Below are positions 30,887 to 40,972 of a stretch of DNA of 64,000 bases, piece after piece. How positions within the stretch are numbered: the first letter of the stretch is position 1; each line of letters starts with the position of its first letter. The notes under the pieces are model-generated. The model saw only the letters and a program-made list of their open reading frames with translations. It was not told the DNA's origin and ran no database searches. This DNA comes from an uncultured Chloroflexia bacterium. GTDB taxonomy: Bacteria > Chloroflexota > Limnocylindria > QHBO01. The stretch is taken from NCBI GenBank assembly GCA_963806695.1, contig CAWDYT010000001.1, positions 12,026 through 76,025 on the forward strand. Reading direction: 5' to 3'. The position numbers and the translations under genes were made by a program.

Positions 30887-31447
30887 TCAGGCCGGCACGT
30901 AGGACCTGAACTCGGCGCCTGACGCGAACGTTCGCGTATCTGTCAGGCGGAGGTGCAGCGGGGCGTCGAGCTCGGGCCAGAACGGCGTCCCTGCCCCGAG
31001 GACCACGGGGTGGACGACGATCCGATACTCGTCGACCAGCCCGCGCTGCACGAACTGGCTGGCGAGGTTCGGACCGCCCACGTCGAGGTCTCCGTCGAAC
31101 TCGCGGCGCAGGTCCTGGAGCACCGCGCCGACGTCACCACTCACCAGGCGGGCGTTGTGGTCGACCGTCTTGAGGCTGGACGAGAAGACGACTTTCGGCA
31201 TGGCCTTCCAGATGCGCGAGAACTCGCGCATCGCGTCGGTCGACTGTGGGTTCTCCTCGCCGGTTGGCCAGTAGGCGGCCATCACCTCGTACAGTCGGCG
31301 GCCATAGATGGTTGCGTCCAACGACCGCGTCTCGTCGTTGAACCAGGTGTGGAGCTCCTCGTCCACGACCGTCCAGTCAAGGCCGCGATCCTTCGTCTCG
31401 ATGAACCCGTCGAGCGACACGTTCAGGAGGTAGATAAGCTTGCCCAC
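30887..31447 (-). CDS. dihydrofolate reductase family protein (RibD C-terminal domain)
   Basis: Intact. MGKLIYLLNVSLDGFI... Confidence 0.8.
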   Translation of the reverse strand: MGKLIYLLNVSLDGFIETKDRGLDWTVVDEELHTWFNDETRSLDATIYGRRLYEVMAAYWPTGEENPQSTDAMREFSRIWKAMPKVVFSSSLKTVDHNARLVSGDVGAVLQDLRREFDGDLDVGGPNLASQFVQRGLVDEYRIVVHPVVLGAGTPFWPELDAPLHLRLTDTRTFASGAEFRSYVPA

Positions 31448-31458
31448 GGTTTGCGCCT

Positions 31459-32337
31459 CTAGGAAGACAACACTTCGCGCAGTTTGGCTGCGAAGGCCTC
31501 CGGCTCACCGGTCTGGCCGTACTCGCCGCCCAGGAAGCCGCCGTGACCGCTCGGGAAGACCACCGGCTCGGTGCCAAGGCGCTGCGCCACGGCATGCGCC
31601 CCTCGGTTCGCCATCTCGCCCTCGGACTCAGCGCCGGCAGCCAGGACGATCCGGGTCGAGGCTCTCCGGAGGGCGTCGAAGTCCGGCTCGCAGTGGGTGC
31701 AGGTGACGATGTTCTGGCCGAGCATCACGTCGGTGCGCGACCCATCGTCATCGGTCGGCATCCCGAACATGGCCGGGTCCGGCGCGGGCTGCTGCCCGAT
31801 GTCGTCGGGAAACTCGCCGCGGTGACTGACGATGGCGATGAAGTGGGCCATGCCCGCGCCAAATCCGCGCTGCTGGTACGAGTCGCTGATGGCGCGCACG
31901 GCGGCCTTGGCGTTGTCGCTGTCGGGCAGGATCGAGACGAGGGGCGGCTCGTGCGCGACCAGCGTGCGGACGTCCTCGGGGTGCTTTGCGACGAGGGCGA
32001 GGGCATTCACCGCCCCGCCGCTGGTGGCCATCAGGTCGACCGGACCGAGCCCGGCCGCCTCGATGACCCGATGCAGGTCGTCCCCGTGCTGGTCGGGCGT
32101 CGACTCGGTCGTCGGATCGGCCTTCGTGCTCCGCTCCGAGCCGCGCGGGTCGTACGTGATGATCGTGCGATCGGGGAAGTGGTTGGCGAGCGAAACGAAG
32201 CCGGCGGCCGCCATCGGCGAGCCGATCAGGAACAGCGGCGGCTCCGTGCTTGCGGCGTTGCGCCGGACATCGTAGGTCAGGGTGGCGCCGGGAACGTCCA
32301 GCGTCTGGGTGATCGGCTCGGTGGTCGTCGCGGTCAC
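31459..32337 (-). CDS. alpha/beta hydrolase
   Basis: Intact 292-aa ORF. Confidence 0.8.
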   Translation of the reverse strand: MTATTTEPITQTLDVPGATLTYDVRRNAASTEPPLFLIGSPMAAAGFVSLANHFPDRTIITYDPRGSERSTKADPTTESTPDQHGDDLHRVIEAAGLGPVDLMATSGGAVNALALVAKHPEDVRTLVAHEPPLVSILPDSDNAKAAVRAISDSYQQRGFGAGMAHFIAIVSHRGEFPDDIGQQPAPDPAMFGMPTDDDGSRTDVMLGQNIVTCTHCEPDFDALRRASTRIVLAAGAESEGEMANRGAHAVAQRLGTEPVVFPSGHGGFLGGEYGQTGEPEAFAAKLREVLSS

Positions 32338-32420
32338 GGTGCTCTCCTCGAATTGGCGTGCGTGTGTCGCTCGATGCTTGGACGGGCCGGCGATTCGAAT
32401 CTCATCGGCCTTCCCGTGCC

Positions 32421-32864
32421 TCAGTCGTGAACCTTGCGGTAAGTGATCGGGAAGTCCAGCTCCCAGGAGCTCCCGTCGGGCGACGATTCCCAGCGGCCGT
32501 CGATCGTGTCGCCGTCGTCACGGAAGGTCCCGACGAACCGTTGGTGGAAGTCGGGAGCCGCGCGCTCGAGCCGCCACTCGCCTTCCGTCAGCGTCCCTCG
32601 GTAGATCCTGGACACGCCGCGATCGTCGGCGTACAGCTGCGTGACCTCGCCGGTCGAGTCGTCGAAGCCGATGACCGCGTGCGTCATAGCCGGCGCGTTC
32701 TCGATCCACCCGGGATCGGTCCACTCGGCCGCCGCCCGCTCGACGACGAAGGCGCCGCCCTCGATCCACTCGAAGGTTGCGCGGCCACGGCCAGCGGACC
32801 GGCCATCGACGGTGGGCTCGAACTCCCAGGTGCCGATGAGTCGCTCGAGCGGCGAGGCGGCCAT
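32421..32864 (-). CDS. DUF1579 (lipocalin-like) family protein
   Basis: Intact 147-aa ORF. Confidence 0.6.
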   Translation of the reverse strand: MAASPLERLIGTWEFEPTVDGRSAGRGRATFEWIEGGAFVVERAAAEWTDPGWIENAPAMTHAVIGFDDSTGEVTQLYADDRGVSRIYRGTLTEGEWRLERAAPDFHQRFVGTFRDDGDTIDGRWESSPDGSSWELDFPITYRKVHD

Positions 32865-32868
32865 CGTT

Positions 32869-33390
32869 TCAGCTGCCTCGCGCCGCGCCCTGGCCGACGG
32901 CGCCCTCGGCGAGGATCGCGTCGATCTGGCCGACGGCCTCTGTCATGCCCTCCTCCTGACCCATGGCGAGCAGCTGTTCCATTGCCTCGGTGCTGGGGAA
33001 GATGCTCGCGATCGACATCCGGGTCCGGCCGACGCCGGTCTCCTGGATCGTCACGCGCATCTCGCCGGTCGGGAAGTCGTCGTTCGGGGTGCCGTCGTCG
33101 TTGGCGAAGCCGTCGCGAACGACGAGCCGATGCGGCGCCTCGACTTCGAGGATGTCCCAATAGCCCTTCGGCTGGTCACCCTCGGGTCCGGTCATGTGGT
33201 ATTCGACGCGGCTCCCTGGAGCGAGGGCGTGCTTGGTGAAGGTGGCGGGGTAGGTCGGCGGGCCCCACCAGCGCTCGAGCTGGCGCGGATCGGCCCACAG
33301 CTCCCAGACGCGCTCGGGCGATGCGTCGAACTCTGCGTCCAGGGTCATCGTCAGGGTGTCGGTGTCCTTGCGGACGTCGGTGACGGTCAT
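32869..33390 (-). CDS. SRPBCC family protein (AHSA1-like)
   Basis: ATG 33390 with an AGGAGA SD. The upstream part of ORF 32869..33750 is non-coding. Confidence 0.75.
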   Translation of the reverse strand: MTVTDVRKDTDTLTMTLDAEFDASPERVWELWADPRQLERWWGPPTYPATFTKHALAPGSRVEYHMTGPEGDQPKGYWDILEVEAPHRLVVRDGFANDDGTPNDDFPTGEMRVTIQETGVGRTRMSIASIFPSTEAMEQLLAMGQEEGMTEAVGQIDAILAEGAVGQGAARGS

Positions 33391-33725
33391 CCGTTGATCT
33401 CCTGCGTGGTGCTGATGATGTCGGTCATGCGGTCGATGCGATCGCGCCAGAGCTGCTCGTACCGGTCCAGCAGGCGCCGGGCCACCCGCAGCCCTTCGGC
33501 ATTGGTGCGGACGACCTTCCGTCGCCCGATGCGCTGCTTCGTGACCAGCCCCGCCCGCTCGAGGATCGCGACATGCTTCTGTACGGCCGCGAAGCTCATC
33601 GGGTAGTGGCTGGCCAGCTCGGCGACCCCCTCCTCGCCGTCGATGGCGCGGCGCACGATGTCGCGGCGGGTGTGGTCCGCCAGGGCGCCGAACATGCGAT
33701 CGAAGTCGGGAGGGGGGAACTGCAT
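33387..33725 (-). CDS. ArsR/SmtB family transcriptional regulator
   Basis: ...FGALADHTRRDIVRRAIDGEEGVAELASHYPMSFAAVQKHVAILERAGLV... Its stop overlaps the SRPBCC start. Confidence 0.8.
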   Translation of the reverse strand: MQFPPPDFDRMFGALADHTRRDIVRRAIDGEEGVAELASHYPMSFAAVQKHVAILERAGLVTKQRIGRRKVVRTNAEGLRVARRLLDRYEQLWRDRIDRMTDIISTTQEING

Positions 33726-33726
33726 T

Positions 33727-33748
33727 GGTACAACCATACGGTTGTACC
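33727..33748. promoter_or_regulatory. perfect inverted repeat GGTACAACC-atac-GGTTGTACC abutting the ArsR start codon (candidate ArsR operator)
   Basis: Read directly from the sequence. It leaves no room for an SD, which implies a leaderless start or translation of the repeat. Confidence 0.5.
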
Positions 33749-33935
33749 ACCGGACTGTCAAGCCCAGAGCTCGGCTATCGCTTTGATCCGATCAATAGAC
33801 TGGTGGCCGGCTTCGCGTCACGCCGGGCAGTGATATTGAGCCGGTCGGGCCGTCGCCATCCCCGTACACCCAAAACCAGTCGCACCGTGGCCGGAAACGC
33901 CGCGGGCACCACAACCGAGCAGGAGCCACAATTCG

Positions 33936-35354
33936 ATGACATCCTCGCAGCAGGTTCACACCGCGAACTCGCAGCCGGTCATCACGCCGGAGTCCCTGGC
34001 CGCGCTCCGCAGCGCCCTCGATGACCGGGTCGCGCTACCGGGCGACGACCGCTACACCGAGGCCACGACGATCTGGAACGGGATGATCCGCAAGCGGCCT
34101 GGAGCGGTGGTGCGCGCCGCCTCGGTCGACGACGTGGTGCGCAGCGTCCGGTTCGCGGCCGATCACGGCGTCGAGCTGTCGATCCGGGGTGGCGGCCACA
34201 ACATCGCCGGTCTGGCGCTGTGCAATGGCGGCCTGACGCTCGACATGTCCGCGTTCCGCGACGTCGTCGTCGATCCGGACGCGCGAACCGCGCGCATCGG
34301 CGCCGGCTGTCTGCTCGGCGAGGTGGACCGGGCCACGCAGGCCCATGGGTTGGCGGCACCGCTCGGGTTCGTATCGCAGACCGGTGTGGCCGGGTTGACC
34401 CTGGGTGGCGGCTTCGGCTATCTCACCCGACGCTTCGGTTGGACGGTCGACTCGCTGGAGGCGGTCGAGATCGTGATGCCCGATGGCAGCGTGGGTCGCG
34501 CTTCGCGATCAGACGAGTCGGAGCTGTTCTGGGCACTGCGCGGCGGCGGCGGGAATTTCGGCGTCGTGACGGAGTTCGTCTTCCGCCTCGACGAGGTCGG
34601 GCCGCAGATCACCGGCGGAGTCATCGCCTGGCCCGCGTCTCTGGCCGAAGACGTCCTCGACGCGTTCCGTGCCACGGCAGAGTCCGCCCCGCGCGAGCTC
34701 ACCATGGCCGCGTTGCGGCGGAACGCGCCCCCCGCCCCGTGGCTGCCGGAATCGGCGCATGGCACGCCGGTCGTGATGGTCGTGGTGTGCCACTCCGGCT
34801 CTCCCGAGCAGGCCGCGGAAGATCTCTCCGCCCTGCGCGCCGTCGGCGAGCCGCTGGCGGACCTGGTGGTGGAGAAGGAGTACGCCGCGCAGCAGACGCT
34901 GCTGGACGCGACCCAACCGAAGGGCATGAACTACTACTGGAAGTCCGAGTTCGTCGCCGGCCTCAGCGATGGCCTGCTCGAGACCTACCACGCCCAGTTC
35001 GTCGACCAGAAGGCGCCCGCGAACCAGATCGTTCTGTTCCACCTCGCCGGCGCCCTCAACGAGCGCCCCGAGGACGACGGAGCCGTGGGCAACCGCGAGG
35101 CCGCCTTCGCGTGCGTCGTCCAGTCCATGGGGGCGGCGGACGTCGCACCGGACGAGAACCGCGCCTGGGTGCGCTCCGCCTGGGAGGCGCTCCGCCCATT
35201 CTCCACCGGCGGCAACTACATCAACTTCCAGACCGATGACGAGCCCGATGCCCGAACGGCGGAGTCGTATCGGTCGAACTTCGACCGCCTGCGCGCGGCC
35301 AAGCAACGCTACGACCCGACCAACCTGTTCCGGGTGAACCGCAACATCACCTGA
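33936..35354 (+). CDS. FAD-binding oxidoreductase (FAD-linked oxidase / BBE-like)
   Basis: Intact 472-aa ORF. ...SIRGGGHNIAG... Confidence 0.85.
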   Translation: MTSSQQVHTANSQPVITPESLAALRSALDDRVALPGDDRYTEATTIWNGMIRKRPGAVVRAASVDDVVRSVRFAADHGVELSIRGGGHNIAGLALCNGGLTLDMSAFRDVVVDPDARTARIGAGCLLGEVDRATQAHGLAAPLGFVSQTGVAGLTLGGGFGYLTRRFGWTVDSLEAVEIVMPDGSVGRASRSDESELFWALRGGGGNFGVVTEFVFRLDEVGPQITGGVIAWPASLAEDVLDAFRATAESAPRELTMAALRRNAPPAPWLPESAHGTPVVMVVVCHSGSPEQAAEDLSALRAVGEPLADLVVEKEYAAQQTLLDATQPKGMNYYWKSEFVAGLSDGLLETYHAQFVDQKAPANQIVLFHLAGALNERPEDDGAVGNREAAFACVVQSMGAADVAPDENRAWVRSAWEALRPFSTGGNYINFQTDDEPDARTAESYRSNFDRLRAAKQRYDPTNLFRVNRNIT

Positions 35355-35539
35355 CCTCGGCAGGGATGCCGGCATTCCCGATTGGTCGCGAGCGACCGAT
35401 ACACCCCTTCGAGGAGGTGTCAATCGGCCGGGATTCTCCAGTCCAAGCGGCTCTGGCACCTGGTCCCAGCGAGGGCGATCGTCGGTGCACAGCACCCGAC
35501 CAGAGGTGATTGGCGAATGCGGACCACCGGTCTAAACCG

Positions 35540-36439
35540 ATGATGACGATGCACATCCGCGACGTCGACCTTTTCGTCGAAGTTGTCGGCAGCGGACCGC
35601 CGCTCCTGCTCATGCATGGCGGACCGGGAGCGGACCACTGGACGCTTGATCGGTTCCGGCGCCTGGCCGACGAGTTCACGCTGGTCTTCTACGACCATCG
35701 CTGCAACGGCCGCTCGCACGGCGTTCCCGTCGAGTCGATGACGTGGGACAACCTGACTGCGGACGCAGAAGCACTCCGGGAGCGGCTCGGTTTCGAGAGA
35801 TGGGCCGTGCTCGGCCATTCATTCGGCGGCACGGTGGCGCTCGAATACGTCCTCAGGTATCCCGATCGGGTATCGCGGCTGATCCTGCTCGACACGGGAG
35901 GCGACGCATGGTGGCCGCAGCACAACGCCGCCGAGCTTCTGGCCCGGCGTGGATACAGCTCGAAGGTCGTTCGGCTCGTTCGCCGCTTCTTCAATGGGCG
36001 CATCGCGCCGAGCCGTGCGCAGTCCTCGATGTTCCGATTCGGTGCGGCGTACTTCCACCGGCGAGGTCTGTCGCTCCTGTGGGTCATGGCGCGCGATCTC
36101 TTCCACGGCGAGTGGCGCTCGGTGTTCCGCGGTGAGCCGCTCATCTTTGCAGGTCGCCATCTGTTCCCCGGCTGGAGCGTCATGAATCGGCTCCGCGAGA
36201 TCCGTGCTCCGACGCTCGTCATCGCCGGGCGCGACGACTTCCTGTTCCCGCCCGAACACCAGGCCCAGCTGGCAGCCGGCATCTCGGACGCCCGGCTGGA
36301 GATCGTGGAGCGTGCCGGTCATAACCCGCACGTCGAGCAGCCCGCGGTCGTGATGCAGTCAGTGAGGAGCTTTCTGGCCACAACGTCCGACATCGCTCCG
36401 GCGCCGCCGCGCTCGTACGCGACCGCGCCAACGGCCTGA
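35540..36439 (+). CDS. alpha/beta hydrolase
   Basis: Intact. ...VLGHSFGG... Start at ATG 35540 (the ORF track uses a TTG at 35510). Confidence 0.75.
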   Translation: MMTMHIRDVDLFVEVVGSGPPLLLMHGGPGADHWTLDRFRRLADEFTLVFYDHRCNGRSHGVPVESMTWDNLTADAEALRERLGFERWAVLGHSFGGTVALEYVLRYPDRVSRLILLDTGGDAWWPQHNAAELLARRGYSSKVVRLVRRFFNGRIAPSRAQSSMFRFGAAYFHRRGLSLLWVMARDLFHGEWRSVFRGEPLIFAGRHLFPGWSVMNRLREIRAPTLVIAGRDDFLFPPEHQAQLAAGISDARLEIVERAGHNPHVEQPAVVMQSVRSFLATTSDIAPAPPRSYATAPTA

Positions 36440-36449
36440 GGAGAGCCCG

Positions 36450-37991
36450 ATGGGTACCAAGGCTGCGCGTCGCACCGAGGGCGGCCACGAGCTCGAGGAA
36501 GGCCGCGTACGCTCGAGGATCGCCCAGATCGTCAACCGCCATCCCGCGGTCGGCCTCGCTGTCGGCGTCGTCCGTCAGGGGCGCCTCGAGTCCTTCGACG
36601 GTCACGGTGTCGCGGACATTGATGCGGGGACGCCCATCACGGAGGAGACGGCGTTCCGGATCGGCTCCGTCACCAAGCTCTTCACGGCGGTGGCGGTCAT
36701 GCAGCTGTGGGAGTGCGGGCTCGTCGACCTCGACACTCCTGCGAGCGACTGTCTGCGAGCCTTTCGGCTCCTTCGCGCCCATCGCAGCTTCCGCCCGGTG
36801 ACCCTCCGGCACCTGCTGACCCACACGTCCGGCATCCCCGACGTCCGTCATCCGCTCGACCTGCTGCACTTCAGTTGGGGCCCGTTCGAAGGGCGGCCTC
36901 CGCTTCACAGCGTTCCCGCCGGTGAGCCGCTGCCACTGCTCGCGGAGTACTACCGCGGTGGGCTGCGGAGCGTCGTCGAGCCGGGAACGGCGTTCGCGTA
37001 CTCGAATCATGGCTTCGCCACGCTCGGCCAGATCGTGGAGGACGTCAGCGGACTGCCGCTGGACCGATACCTCCGCGATCACATCTTCGATCCGTTGGGC
37101 ATGGATCACACCGAGCTGGGTCGCTCGGCCCCGATCGCAGCCCGGCTCGCCACCGGATACACCGTCCGGCGCAGGGGGCCGGAGCCGGTACCGGACCGGG
37201 AGTGGATCGGAGCCGGCGGAGGTGGGATCTACTCCACGACCGCCGACATCGCTCGCTTCGTCGCAGCCATCCTCGGCAGAGGCATGGCGGGCGGCTCCTC
37301 CGTGCTCCGACCGGCGACGCTCGCGAGCATGCTGCAGCCGCACTGGCAGACCGACGCCCGAGTCACCGCGATGGGCCTCGGCTTCTTCCTCAGCGCGGTG
37401 GGCGGGCACCGGTTGGCCGGCCACGAGGGGATCCTGCCGGGCTTCAACGCGCACGTGCTTCTTGCCCGCGATGACGACCTCGGCGTCATCGCGTTCACGA
37501 ACGGCTCGAGTGGGGCGATGGCCTGGCTACCGGCCGAGGTCACCGGTCTGGCGCTCGATTTGATGGGAGTGGCGGAGCCGCACGTCCGGACCGACGTCGC
37601 ACACCATCCCGAGATCTGGCGCGACCTCTGTGGCCGCTATCGGCTCCCGGCGCGGGTCTCCGATCTGCGCGGGCGGCTGCTCATGGGTCGTGGGGCAGAG
37701 GTGTACGTCCGAAGTGGTCGCCTCATGGTCCGCATCCTGGCGCCAGTGCCGGGGTTCCGGCGCGGCTTCGCGCTCCATCCCGATGACGAGACCGATCCTC
37801 TGGTGTTCCGCATCGACCCATCTGGAACGGGCTCGCCGACGTTCCGTATCGTCTTCGCCCGCGACCGTGGCGGTGATGTGGTGGCAGCGCACACGGATCT
37901 CGGGTGGCAGCCGCTCTCCCTGGTCCGCTCCCCGATGCGACGATCCGGCCGCTCACGGGCCATTCGGCCACCCAGGCTCGTCCGGCCATGA
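36450..37991 (+). CDS. serine hydrolase (beta-lactamase family)
   Basis: Intact 513-aa ORF. ...FRIGSVTKLFTA... (SxxK motif). Confidence 0.85.
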   Translation: MGTKAARRTEGGHELEEGRVRSRIAQIVNRHPAVGLAVGVVRQGRLESFDGHGVADIDAGTPITEETAFRIGSVTKLFTAVAVMQLWECGLVDLDTPASDCLRAFRLLRAHRSFRPVTLRHLLTHTSGIPDVRHPLDLLHFSWGPFEGRPPLHSVPAGEPLPLLAEYYRGGLRSVVEPGTAFAYSNHGFATLGQIVEDVSGLPLDRYLRDHIFDPLGMDHTELGRSAPIAARLATGYTVRRRGPEPVPDREWIGAGGGGIYSTTADIARFVAAILGRGMAGGSSVLRPATLASMLQPHWQTDARVTAMGLGFFLSAVGGHRLAGHEGILPGFNAHVLLARDDDLGVIAFTNGSSGAMAWLPAEVTGLALDLMGVAEPHVRTDVAHHPEIWRDLCGRYRLPARVSDLRGRLLMGRGAEVYVRSGRLMVRILAPVPGFRRGFALHPDDETDPLVFRIDPSGTGSPTFRIVFARDRGGDVVAAHTDLGWQPLSLVRSPMRRSGRSRAIRPPRLVRP

Positions 37992-39437
37992 TCAAGAGGC
38001 TGAGCGGCGCCGATCGCCTGGTGCTGGGGGCGGACGCGGCCTGGCCGCAGGACGTCGGGGCGTTGGCTATCCTCGACGGTGAAGGGCTGCTCGACGCTGG
38101 CGGGGTGCTCGACACCGTCGCTGTGCGAGATGCCCTGTCGCGCCGGCTGCACCTGGTTCCACGCTTCCGGCAACGGGTCCTCCGGCCGCGCCGCGGTCTC
38201 GGCGGACCGATCTGGGTCGACGATGCGGGGTTCGACCTCAGCGACCACATCAGGGTTCGACCGCTGCGGGCTGGGAGCGGGGACGCCGCTCTGCTTCGCG
38301 CGGCCGAGGCGCTCCGCCGGCAGCGGCTCGCGTTGGCGCGGCCCCCGTGGGAGATCTGGCTGCTCCCGGGGCTCAGCGGCGGCAGGGTCGGCCTGTTCCT
38401 GCGGATCCATCACGTCGTCGCGGACGGCCGAGCGGCGTTGACCATGCTCGGCGCTCTGTTCGAGACGGACCCTTCCGCGAGGTCGCAGGATCCGCCAGTG
38501 TGGTCGCCGGCTCCTTGGCCCTCGACTCGCGAGCTCGTCGTGGACAACCTATGGCGCCGGCTGGCGGGAATCGGCGCGGCGCTCCGCACGGCCGCGCGCC
38601 CATGGGCCGGACTCCGCAAGCTCCGCCGCGCCGTCCCGAGCAACGCGCGAGCTCATGGCCGAGCCTCCGGGCGACGCGACCAGCCTCGACCGCCTGATCG
38701 GCCCTGATCGGCGATTCGCCATCGTGCGAGACCGAGTCCGCGACGTTCGCGCAATCGGACGCGCGCATCACGCGACGGTCAATGACGTCCTGCTCGCCGC
38801 GGCCGCTGGGGGTCTGCGGGCGCTGCTAATCCACCGCGGCGAATCGGTTGCCGGAGTCACGCTTCGCGTCCTGGTTCCGGTGTCGTTGCGTGGCCGCCTG
38901 CGGGGCACCGTCGCGGGAAACCACATCTCGCAGATGGTCGTGCCGCTCCCGCTGGGAGGGACCAACCCGGTAGCTCGCCTCTGGGCGATCGCACGCGAGA
39001 CGAGGACGAGGAAGGGCCGAGCTCGAACCCCGCCAACGATCCTCTTCCGCTTCGGGATCGTGCGGCGCCTGGTGCTCAAGGCCATCATCGGCCAGCGAGT
39101 GAACGTCACGACCGCCAGCCTCGCCGGTCCTCGGCAGCCGCTGTACCTGGCGGGAGCCCGGGTCGTTGACCTGTTTCCGATGCTCAACCTGATTGGGAAC
39201 CAGACCATCGGCATCGGTGTTATCTCGTACGCCGGAGCGTTCGAGATCTGCATTACCGCCGATGGCGCCATCCCGGATGTCGATGTCGTCGCTGCGGGAA
39301 TACGCGACGAGCTGCGTGTGCTGGCTTCGAGCGCCGCCTCGCGCGTCGTCACGGCGAAGGGCGTCCAAGACGGGCGACGGCACCGCGGCCTCTCGCCCGC
39401 CGACTCGGCTCTGCCCGCGTTGGCCGGAATGAGGTGA
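37988..39437 (+). CDS. wax ester synthase/diacylglycerol acyltransferase (WS/DGAT) family; one frameshift near 38650
   Basis: ATGA overlap with the upstream gene. MIKRLSGADRL...HHVVADGRAA (HHxxxDG motif). Continues in ORF 38655..39437. Confidence 0.75.
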
Positions 39438-39441
39438 TGGC

Positions 39442-40869
39442 GTGACAGACGTGGCAAGCACGGCTACTGCTACCGAGCTTTGGCAATTCGGCGCAACCGA
39501 GCTCGCCCGGTTGGTCCGCAAGCGGCAGGTCAGCAGCCGAGAGGTCATCGAGGCGCATCTCCGGCGCATCGACCAGGTCAATCGGGACATCAACGCCGTC
39601 ACCATGGTCCTTGGCGATGAAGCCCTCGCAGCCGCGTCGGTGGCCGATGCCCTTGCAGCCACGGGTGTCGCCCTCCCGCCGTTCCACGGCGTGCCGTTCA
39701 CCGTGAAGGCCAACATCGATGTGGTCGGGACGCCAACGACCGAAGGACTCAAGGCCCTGGCGCACGCCTACCCGATCGCGGACGCCCCCGTTGTCGAACG
39801 CATGCGGCGGTCAGGAGCCATTGCGCTCGGGAGGACGAACTGTTCGACGATCACGGTCCGCTGGCACACCGAGAGCGAGCTGTGGGGATCGACGGTCAAC
39901 CCGTGGGACCGGACCCGGACACCGGGTGCCTCCAGCGGTGGTGAGGCTGCCGCGCTGGCGAGCGGCCTGAGCCCGCTCGGACTCGGGAACGACGGGCTCG
40001 GTTCGCTCCGTTGGCCGGCGCAGTGCTGCGGAATCGCCGCGCTCAAGCCGACCCTCGGGCGAGTCCCGGACGCGACGACGCTCGAACCGGCCGACGCTCC
40101 GCTCGGTCTCCAGCTCACGGCCGTGCAGGGACCGATGGCGCGTCGGATCGAGGACCTCCGCGCCGCCTTCGAGGTCCTGGCGGGGCCGACGTGGCGTGAT
40201 CCCTGGAGCGTGCCGGCACCCCTTCGGGGTCCGGAGTCGATCAAGCCCATCAGGATCGCCCTCGTGTTCGACCCGGCCGGCCACGGCACGTCGGGCCAGG
40301 TCGCGGAAGGCGTCCGGAAGGCCGGAGCCGTCCTTGCGGATGCGGGCTACATCGTCGAAGAGGTGGAACCGCCGTCGATCGACGTTGCGGCCAGGGCACT
40401 GCTGGACATGCTGTACACGCCCGATATGTGGGAGCTCACGGAACGAATGCTCCCCGTGCTCCCTGCCGCCACCCAGAAGTTCCTGTCGGCGTTCATCGAG
40501 GTCATTGGCGAGCCGGATCCTCTGCGAAGCGCGGAGGCATTCGTCACGCGGCAGCGCGCGCTCCGGGCGTGGGGGGAGTTCATGGAGACGCGGCCGCTGA
40601 TCGTCGGCCCGATCTACACGGACCTGCCGTTCGAGGTCGGGACCGACCTGGACGAGGGACGGGTGGCCGCGACGATCGATGGGATGCGCCTGACGCTCGC
40701 GGTGAATGCGCTCGGTCTGCCCGCCGTCGCGGTCCCGGTCGGCATGGCCGACGGGCTTCCGCAGGTCGTCCAGGTCATCGGACCTCGGTACCGCGAGGAC
40801 CTGTGCCTGGATGCGGCCGCGGCGCTCGAGGCGCGGCTCGGCGTGCTGACGCCGATCGATCCCCGGTGA
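39442..40869 (+). CDS. amidase (amidase-signature family)
   Basis: Intact 475-aa ORF. ...GGSSGGEAAALA... Confidence 0.85.
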   Translation: MTDVASTATATELWQFGATELARLVRKRQVSSREVIEAHLRRIDQVNRDINAVTMVLGDEALAAASVADALAATGVALPPFHGVPFTVKANIDVVGTPTTEGLKALAHAYPIADAPVVERMRRSGAIALGRTNCSTITVRWHTESELWGSTVNPWDRTRTPGASSGGEAAALASGLSPLGLGNDGLGSLRWPAQCCGIAALKPTLGRVPDATTLEPADAPLGLQLTAVQGPMARRIEDLRAAFEVLAGPTWRDPWSVPAPLRGPESIKPIRIALVFDPAGHGTSGQVAEGVRKAGAVLADAGYIVEEVEPPSIDVAARALLDMLYTPDMWELTERMLPVLPAATQKFLSAFIEVIGEPDPLRSAEAFVTRQRALRAWGEFMETRPLIVGPIYTDLPFEVGTDLDEGRVAATIDGMRLTLAVNALGLPAVAVPVGMADGLPQVVQVIGPRYREDLCLDAAAALEARLGVLTPIDPR

Positions 40870-40972
40870 GACCTCGGCATGGCTCGGGCACGACCGCTGT
40901 TGCCGATGCGGTGTGCGGCGGCTAGCATCGTCCGATGACCGACGCGATACGATGCTCGCGGCTCCGCAACGG

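Noticed and set aside
33727-33761. Upstream GTG/TTG start (33761) for ArsR that would translate through the palindrome
   Set aside because: It is possible, but the ATG at 33725 gives a typical ArsR N-terminus and places the palindrome at the operator position. I kept the extension as an alternative only.
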